DNA of 20,000 bases from an uncultured virus (IMG/VR IMGVR_UViG_3300031994_000074) (Duplodnaviria > Heunggongvirae > Uroviricota > Caudoviricetes): the IMG/VR virus record IMGVR_UViG_3300031994_000074, one strand, 5' to 3'. The position numbers and the translations under genes are program-made. Positions 1-5,086 of the stretch are shown here, piece after piece; position 1 is the stretch's first letter; every line of letters begins with the position of its first letter. A model generated the notes under the pieces. The model ran no database searches and was not told where the DNA came from. It was given only the letters and a program-made list of their open reading frames with translations.

Positions 1-38
1 ACGGTACGGGTTGACGCAGTTGAATTGAATTTTGCCAT
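1..38 (-). CDS. 5' end of a gene truncated by the window edge (MAKFNSTASTRT...), candidate Ro60/TROVE (Rsr) protein
   Basis: ATG at 38-36 with AAGGAGG RBS (53-47) overlapping the stop of the upstream gene. The Ro60 identity is inferred from only 12 codons (MxKFN...T) and the nearby Y-RNA-like genes. Confidence 0.5.
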   Translation of the reverse strand, partial: MAKFNSTASTRT

Positions 39-51
39 AATGGTTTCCTCC

Positions 52-786
52 TTAATAGTCGTGAATAGTCAATTTTCTTTCAATCAAATTTTCCTGTGTA
101 TCGCAAATGATATCTTTCGCCAGCTCTGCGTGAGCATCGAAATAATGCATATCTACATTCCGGATTTCATCATTTACAATTGCGGCATATTCATCAATCA
201 GTTTTTCCCATTTTTGATTTTCCGGATCTCGTTTTGCCTTTAGCGCCAGTTGCCGCTCTTCTTCTGTCATGGAAAGTATATCCACGTTAACATCAAAATA
301 CCTGTGAACCATGCAGTGCATGCGAAGAATATGAGATAATCGTTTGCCCGGATTCATGTTCCGTTTCGACAACTGATGAGCCATACCGCCGATAGCCATC
401 ATCATATGATTTGTGTCACAGCGCAGAGCATACGGGCTGCGAAATACGGGTGACAGGATATCGGCATATTTTGCTTCGACTATCCTGTTTCTGGAAGCAA
501 AGCATTCAACACTGTTCGGCGATGTCTTTTTTAAGAGATTCAGAGCAAGACGTATATCCTTGATATTGATATGCCCCAAATCATCTTCCCGTGTGGTGCT
601 GATCGGATCACGCAGCACAGATATTTCCCGCAGAGACGGAAGAACAAAGGTGAACGTGTCAAAATCGCTTGTTTCTGTACCCAACCCATAGTTCTGACTG
701 CCTACCAGCACAGTCATTATGGCATCATAATCTTTTGAGACAGCACAATGGTGGATGTACAGAGCTTCACAGATCTTATCGTCCAT
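52..786 (-). CDS. DNA polymerase beta-superfamily nucleotidyltransferase (RlaP/Nuc-transf-like)
   Basis: 244-aa ORF with GSQNYGL...SDFD (GS-x-DxD) NTase motif, LLKKTSPNSVE segment, and AAAGGAG RBS. Confidence 0.8.
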   Translation of the reverse strand: MDDKICEALYIHHCAVSKDYDAIMTVLVGSQNYGLGTETSDFDTFTFVLPSLREISVLRDPISTTREDDLGHINIKDIRLALNLLKKTSPNSVECFASRNRIVEAKYADILSPVFRSPYALRCDTNHMMMAIGGMAHQLSKRNMNPGKRLSHILRMHCMVHRYFDVNVDILSMTEEERQLALKAKRDPENQKWEKLIDEYAAIVNDEIRNVDMHYFDAHAELAKDIICDTQENLIERKLTIHDY

Positions 787-868
787 TTATGTACTCCTTT
801 CTATTTGATAATAATCGGGTGCAAACTGAAAGAACTTCAAAATTTCACATCCATTCATGTAAAAATAA

Positions 869-956
869 AGAGCATCCGCGATAATTGGCATGGTCGGGTA
901 AGCGTAAGCGAATTAAAAGTTCGATGCATCCGGCCATTGCAATACGCAAATGCTCT
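869..956 (-). ncRNA. Partial tRNA-Lys(UUU)-like RNA lacking a T-arm
   Basis: 12-bp closing stem AGAGCATTTGCG/CGCGGATGCTCT, D-arm-like TGCA-ATGGCCGGA-TGCA, anticodon arm CGAA-CTTTTAA-TTCG. No TTC T-loop. Confidence 0.45.
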
Positions 957-959
957 CAT

Positions 960-1108
960 TGGTGTCCGCGGAACGAATTGAACGTTCTCACACGAGATGC
1001 ATTACTATAGCTGCAAATCGTGTTTTCACCGCGTCCTGGATATCCTCTTTCTTCCCACACAGCGCTATATCGGTTTACTTTGGACACCCATTCTGCCTGA
1101 TCGCGGAC
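960..1108 (-). ncRNA. 149-nt tRNA-like RNA (acceptor stem + T-arm + ACCA, non-canonical interior)
   Basis: Perfect 7-bp stem GTCCGCG/CGCGGAC followed by A-CCA; T-arm GAACG-TTCAATT-CGTTC. No recognisable D or anticodon arm. Confidence 0.6.
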
Positions 1109-1114
1109 AGGTAT

Positions 1115-1286
1115 GACGCAGATAAGGATCGGAAACGGTACGTATGTGCTCTACCAACTGAGCTACCGCATGACTATTATGCTGCCACCCTTACGGTGTG
1201 GCGCAAATACGTCTGTGCAGGCGGGACTCGAACCCGCGGCCGCACGGTTTACCAGCCGAAGTAACCGATTCCTGCAATGCTGCGTC
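1115..1286 (-). ncRNA. YrlA-type Y RNA-like (permuted tRNA mimic), copy 1
   Basis: Terminal stem GACGCAG/CTGCGTC. T-arm GCGGG-TTCGAGT-CCCGC lies upstream of D-arm TAGCTCAGTTGGTAGAGC, the acceptor-like stem is closed internally, and there is no anticodon loop. Confidence 0.75.
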
Positions 1287-1289
1287 AAG

Positions 1290-1362
1290 CGCTCCGGACA
1301 GGGCTTGAACCTGTGACCATCCGCTTAACGGGCGGGCGCTCTACCAACTGAGCTACCGGAGC
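1290..1362 (-). tRNA. tRNA-Asn(GUU), C at position 33, CCA not encoded
   Basis: GCTCCGG/CCGGAGC acceptor, G73, canonical D- and T-arms, anticodon loop CCGTTAA. Confidence 0.85.
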
Positions 1363-1363
1363 A

Positions 1364-1439
1364 TGGGTGCGGGGGAGAGATTTGAACTCTCGACCTCCTG
1401 GGTATGAGCCAGGCCATCTTCCACTGATAATACCCCGCA
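1364..1439 (-). tRNA. tRNA-Met(CAU), initiator-like body
   Basis: TGCGGGG/CCCCGCA acceptor + C-CCA, anticodon arm CCTGG-CTCATAC-CCAGG, T-arm GAGAG-TTCAAAT-CTCTC. Confidence 0.85.
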
Positions 1440-1447
1440 GTATCTTG

Positions 1448-1518
1448 AGCGGATGGTGGGAATCGAACCCGCACGGCCAGTTTGGAAAACTGGCGTTCTG
1501 CCATTAAACTACACCCGC
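1448..1518 (-). tRNA. tRNA-Gly(UCC), CCA not encoded
   Basis: GCGGGTG/CATCCGC acceptor, U73, anticodon arm CCAGT-TTTCCAA-ACTGG, GGTTCGATTCC T-arm. Confidence 0.9.
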
Positions 1519-1522
1519 ATTA

Positions 1523-1662
1523 AGGGGATGCCGGAATTGAACCGGCATTTCGATCAGACCACCCGTACGCAGCGTTGCTGTCCCACTTATCGGCAGTCGC
1601 ATTCATCCATCCACATGCGCGCGCATAGCGGACTTATCGGATTACTAAGACCCTAATCCTCC
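1523..1662 (-). ncRNA. ~140-nt tRNA-like RNA with T-arm and imperfect acceptor stem
   Basis: T-arm GCCGG-TTCAATT-CCGGC followed by ATCCCCT, which pairs with GGAGGAT (one mismatch, followed by TA). Internal repeat CCGATAAGT occurs twice. Confidence 0.45.
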
Positions 1663-1668
1663 ATGTAT

Positions 1669-1779
1669 ATGCCGACCACTCGCGCTCCACCGTCCTATTC
1701 TGTCATCTTACAGGTAATAACGATTTACAGTCTCCCTGATCGTCTGACAGTCATACGCCAAAGCCTTGTTCGTCGGCAT
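1669..1779 (-). ncRNA. Putative structured RNA of unknown family
   Basis: 8-bp terminal inverted repeat ATGCCGAC/GTCGGCAT, internal CTGTCA/TGACAG pairing, located between other RNA genes. Confidence 0.35.
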
Positions 1780-1783
1780 GATT

Positions 1784-1891
1784 GCCAGTCTTTCCCGGCT
1801 GTCATTCGGTATGGCTTACGCCGTCTTTTGCCGATTGTCACGCTTCTTTGACTTTTGCGGGGTTACATTGAAGCGTAGCGCATCGCTCCCC
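1784..1891 (-). ncRNA. Putative structured RNA ending in a TGACA-GCCGG-GAAAGA-CTGGC hairpin
   Basis: Begins directly after the CCA of the 1892-2055 element. Stems ACGCTTC/GAAGCGT and TCGG/CCGA. Carries one copy of the repeated 3' hairpin motif. Confidence 0.4.
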
Positions 1892-2055
1892 TGGTGCACG
1901 GGTAAGGATTTGCACCTCACATGGAAACACAGTTATCACATGTGTGCTTTCTGTCAGCCGTTCCGATGTACCCGGCACTCCAATCAAGGGGCGTTTGTAT
2001 ATCTACAAACGCACTGGCCTATACCCGTCTGCGTCTACCTATTCCGCCACCGTGC
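1892..2055 (-). ncRNA. 164-nt tRNA-like RNA: Leu-type D-arm, 6+6 acceptor/T stems, ACCA end, large structured insert replacing the anticodon arm
   Basis: GCACGG-TGGCGGAATAGGTAGACGC...GTGAGG-TGCAAAT-CCTTAC-CCGTGC-ACCA. Insert contains the perfect hairpin GCGTTTGTA-GATA-TACAAACGC. Confidence 0.7.
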
Positions 2056-2062
2056 ATGTTGT

Positions 2063-2226
2063 GCCGGTCTTTCCCGGCTGCCAGCAGATCGTTTCCAGAC
2101 GGCCTCTTGGTTAATTCTGCACAACCGCAATTACACAGAGCCGCTTGAGGGGGATCGTTCAGGACTTCCTACCCCATCCGACTTCTTCACACCGGACAAT
2201 GCTGTTGCACCATGCGCCGTCTGAAA
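2063..2226 (-). ncRNA. Putative rod-shaped RNA with 3' GCCGG-GAAAGA-CCGGC hairpin
   Basis: 11-bp long-range stem TTTCAGACGGC (2226-2216)/GCCGTCTGGAA (2103-2093), nested TGGT/ACCA and GCAAC/GTTGT pairings. Confidence 0.4.
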
Positions 2227-2314
2227 TCGAATCGCCGGGCTTGGGGACTCGAACCCCGCTTCACATTGCCGCACGCGCCAGCGTGCAAGGTCTGGTGTGG
2301 TGTCCACGGAGAAT

Positions 2315-2690
2315 TGGTGGAGGCGACGGGATTTGAACCCGTGTCCAAATTGCGACAAATACTGAGAATGCTTACACGATAGTCAGTTTAAGGCGATGAC
2401 GCGCACGAAAGGAAGAAGAATTCCTCATGTCCACCACCTGCTTTTTTGTAGGCCTCTCATAGGCTGTCCGGCCGGAAGCAGGAAACCAGGCTTAAACGGT
2501 GCGCCATTCTATCTCTGATCCGCAGGAAGTTACCGAGTGGCAGGTCTTCCGTTTAAGAGCGAGACTGCATCAGGCAGCCTTCAGTTCGCCGTAAGAATAA
2601 TCTTCGTCAGTTCTTTGTTTTGACCCGTAAGGTGGTGTCATACCCGTGTTCTCAGTACCATTCACAACCTGTCGAAACCAATTCACCCCC
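2315..2690 (-). ncRNA. ssrA: tmRNA, tag peptide (A)DEDYSYGELKAA*
   Basis: 5' GGGGGTGAATTGGTTTCGAC; 3' GGGTTCAAATCCCGT-CGCCTCC-ACCA; G3-U70 pair; tag frame 2608-2570 ends GCT GCC TGA. Confidence 0.93.
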
Positions 2691-2906
2691 ATGTGATTGC
2701 CGGTAAACCGCATGGATGTAAACCCGGCTGCTTGCTTTTCCGTGTCGGTTGCCCCGTGGGTCGCCGTTCACCTACCGCTACACTCGGCACAAGATTTTAG
2801 CGCGTTCCTGATGATGAAGTTGTGTAGTTCTGCTCCAACGCTCGGTTTCATTTTTTTCCGTCTTTCCGGAATGCCATATGAAAGTGGTTGGCTGCAATTG
2901 TGCAGC

Positions 2907-2993
2907 TGGTGGGATGAGGTGGAGTCGAACCACCCGAGCCGAATGACAGCAGATTTACAGTCTGCACCGCTACCACTTACGGTATACCATCCC
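2907..2993 (-). tRNA. tRNA-Tyr(GUA)
   Basis: GGGATGG/TCATCCC-ACCA acceptor, anticodon arm GCAGA-CTGTAAA-TCTGC, long variable arm, GGTGG-TTCGACT-CCACC T-arm. Confidence 0.92.
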
Positions 2994-3000
2994 ATGTTTT

Positions 3001-3142
3001 GCAGACAGATAAGAATCGAAGTCGGGCTATCATTGATTTTGCTCTGCCATCTGAGCTACCTGAAACTTCGTTTCAGGATTGGAATCGAACCAATCACACA
3101 AATCTGTCCTTCGAAGTATCCGACCTCTGCAATGCTGTCTGC
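3001..3142 (-). ncRNA. YrlA-type Y RNA-like (permuted tRNA mimic), copy 2
   Basis: Terminal stem GCAGACAG/CTGTCTGC; order is T-arm ATTGG-TTCGATT-CCAAT, then closed acceptor-like hairpin CCTGAAAC-GAA-GTTTCAGG, then D-arm TAGCTCAGATGGCAGAGC. Confidence 0.78.
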
Positions 3143-3148
3143 GTGAAC

Positions 3149-3178
3149 ATAATAACACGAAGCGTGAGCAAGTGTCAA
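3149..3178 (-). promoter_or_regulatory. Sigma-A promoter of the RNA operon
   Basis: TTGACA (3178-3173), 18 nt spacer, TGn-TATTAT (3154-3149). Predicted start site falls at the 5' end of the Y-like RNA (~3142). Confidence 0.75.
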
Positions 3179-3198
3179 TACCAAATTGGTAAAAAGTA

Positions 3199-3227
3199 TT
3201 GATAAAATCTTTCTTTCATTATATAAT
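3199..3227 (+). promoter_or_regulatory. Sigma-A promoter of the small HTH gene
   Basis: TTGATA-N17-TATAAT. Confidence 0.7.
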
Positions 3228-3256
3228 TCAGGCGTGAGCGAAGAAAGGAGTGTTCA

Positions 3257-3448
3257 TTGAATCTTCCCGGGAATCTCAGAAGGATCAGAAAAGAAAGAAA
3301 CATGACCGTATACGAACTGGCAGTTCTTGTCGGAACAACCGAAGCCAGCATCAGCCGGTACGAGACAGGCAAAAGAGAACTGCCTGTAAAGATGGCGAAA
3401 AAGATCGCCGCCGTTCTTGAAACTGAATGGTGGAAACTGTATGACTGA
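3257..3448 (+). CDS. XRE-family helix-turn-helix protein
   Basis: LRRIRKERNMTVYELAVLVGTTEASISRYETGKR HTH_3 signature; TTG start with AAGGAG RBS. Confidence 0.88.
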   Translation: MNLPGNLRRIRKERNMTVYELAVLVGTTEASISRYETGKRELPVKMAKKIAAVLETEWWKLYD

Positions 3449-3478
3449 AAAAACCGCCCTGGAATTGGGCGGATTTTT
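3448..3478. terminator. Intrinsic terminator, likely bidirectional
   Basis: A6-CCGCCC-loop-GGGCGG-ATTTTT directly after the HTH stop codon. Confidence 0.7.
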
Positions 3479-3540
3479 GTTGGTCAGACCCTATTGAAAG
3501 GCGTTCAAGAGTCCTGACTCGCCTTTTTTCTTGCTTTTTT

Positions 3541-3771
3541 GTAATTAGTAGTGTTATTAGTAGAACGCAATTTTTCAAGATTTATCACGATTTATAATCA
3601 GGCGAACACAATATGAAACAACCCGCAAACCTTTACTTTTCAAGGCTTGCGGGCTGTTTTGGTGGTCTGGGTGAGAGGATTCGAACCTCCGGCCTCTTGA
3701 ACCCCATTCAAGAAGAAAACGTTGAAATATAAGGCTTCTCGGTGTTGTTTGTTATTAGTACGTTATTAGTA
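3541..3771. repeat. Integrase arm-type direct repeats GTWATTAGTA flanking the att core
   Basis: Copies at 3541-3550, 3553-3562, 3751-3760 and 3762-3771, two on each side of the core. Confidence 0.75.
3663..3712 (-). mobile_element. attP core: 3' 50 nt of tRNA-Pro(GGG)
   Basis: CTTGA-ATGGGGT-TCAAG anticodon arm, T-arm and CACCCAG-ACCA present; 5' half absent; adjacent to the integrase 3' end. Confidence 0.85.
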
Positions 3772-3792
3772 AATCACGGGCCGTGAGCGGCG

Positions 3793-4899
3793 TTATTCGA
3801 TGGAAGTTGCCACATCGAGGAGGTCGTCCATGTCGGTGGACTGATAATGAGAGCGGGTGAAGGCGTAGTCGGTGTGACCCATGAGACCGGCTTTGGTCTT
3901 GTCGTCACCACCGGCACGTTTCAGCTTGTCGGAATAGGTGTGGCGAGCGGCGTAGGGTGTTTTGTTTTCCGCAATGCCGAGAGACTGCATCATGGGTTTG
4001 AAAATGTGTTTGTTAAAGTATTCGTGATTCATCTGTTTGAAATCTGTCCATTCCGGCGGGGCCTTTCGGTTGAATCGGTATTGGGGGAAGAGCAGGTCGG
4101 TGCCAGGAATGTACAGTCTTTCGCGGATGAGATCAAGAATCTGCGGAGGGATAATCACGATACGGTCTTTCCCGGCTTCGGTCTTGCTGCCGTTGACCAG
4201 GCATTCGATCCCTTCAATGATTCTGTAGTGTTCTTTTTTTAAGGAAAGAAATTCCGTCGGACGGAAGCCGAGGAAGCACAGGGCATAGACGTATTCCGCG
4301 TAGCGGATTTTCCCGATGGCGTCCCGGATCACGTCCACCTCTTTTTCCGTGAGCGGGTCGCGCTGGATGCTTTGACCCTTTCCGATATACAGATTGTCGG
4401 TGATGTCCTGCGCGACGTAGCCGGAATCGACGGCATACGCCCAGAGGAGTCCCGCGACGCACTTCATGTTCTGGTGCGTGCGCTTCCCGGACGGGCAGGC
4501 ATCCATGCATTCTTGCAGGTCCGTCGCGGTGATGTCGCTGATGAAACGGAGATGCAGGCTGGAGAAGTGCTGATAGGCGTATTTGTAGCAGTCCATTGTG
4601 GACGGGACGATGCGCGGGGCGTAGGCTGCTTCCCACAGATCGTAAAGTTCGTGCAGACGGATCTGCTTTTTCTTCTCCGGTCCGTGAAGGAGAAACGGGC
4701 AGTAATTGAGTGCGTCCTTTTTCGTGTGGAAGCCGCCCTTTGTGCGGTAGACGGGGATTTTGTGGGTGCGGTCGGCGGATGGTTTCCAGGCGATGACCAC
4801 AACGGCGGTCCATGTTTTCCCGCGCCGGACGGCCGTGCCGGTGCCGTTTGGACGGGCGCGGGATCGGCGGCTATGCGTATTCTGTGAAGCCCGGGTCAT
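3793..4899 (-). CDS. int: Tyrosine recombinase (phage integrase)
   Basis: GFRPTE (R), GSKTEAG (K), PYAARHTY, LMGH and SHYQ catalytic motifs; N-terminal NGTG...KGGFHTKKDA arm-binding region. Start placed at ATG 4899 with AGGAG RBS. Confidence 0.93.
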   Translation of the reverse strand: MTRASQNTHSRRSRARPNGTGTAVRRGKTWTAVVVIAWKPSADRTHKIPVYRTKGGFHTKKDALNYCPFLLHGPEKKKQIRLHELYDLWEAAYAPRIVPSTMDCYKYAYQHFSSLHLRFISDITATDLQECMDACPSGKRTHQNMKCVAGLLWAYAVDSGYVAQDITDNLYIGKGQSIQRDPLTEKEVDVIRDAIGKIRYAEYVYALCFLGFRPTEFLSLKKEHYRIIEGIECLVNGSKTEAGKDRIVIIPPQILDLIRERLYIPGTDLLFPQYRFNRKAPPEWTDFKQMNHEYFNKHIFKPMMQSLGIAENKTPYAARHTYSDKLKRAGGDDKTKAGLMGHTDYAFTRSHYQSTDMDDLLDVATSIE

Positions 4900-5086
4900 A
4901 AATTTCTCCTTTGCGGATGTGTTCCAGCTCATGCAGATAGGTGCAGGCACGCTGTTCCTGCGGCAGGCGGGCATTCAGAATAATGCACGGTTCAAAGTCG
5001 GAACCGAGACAGCAGAACCCTCGAATGTGCGTAGGCAGATTCAGCAGGACGACCGGGATCTGTTCAACATCATACGGTTTTTTCAT
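4871..5086 (-). CDS. Small ImmA/IrrE-like metallopeptidase (putative anti-repressor)
   Basis: IILNARL...YLHELEHI (HExxH); sits between repressor and integrase. Confidence 0.75.
   Translation of the reverse strand: MKKPYDVEQIPVVLLNLPTHIRGFCCLGSDFEPCIILNARLPQEQRACTYLHELEHIRKGEIYDPGFTEYA

Noticed and set aside
1805..1862. c-di-GMP-I riboswitch (CGCAAA/GGCAAA words)
   Set aside because: The motifs are in the wrong order and there is no downstream gene to regulate.
1930..2030. Group I/II intron in a tRNA-Leu
   Set aside because: About 105 nt is too short, no intron core motifs are seen, and no anticodon loop is regenerated.
2808..2885. Hammerhead ribozyme (CTGATGA on the plus strand)
   Set aside because: No properly placed stem II-GAAA and cleavage triplet, and it is opposite to the operon strand.
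748..3202. Short ORFs on both strands across the RNA cluster
   Set aside because: They overlap clear tRNA/tmRNA structures and lack RBS or protein motifs.
3663..3740. Complete tRNA-Pro gene
   Set aside because: The D-arm and 5' acceptor strand are absent, so it is an att core.
4900..4974. N-terminal extension of the integrase ORF
   Set aside because: It lies inside the ImmA-like gene; a better RBS supports ATG 4899.
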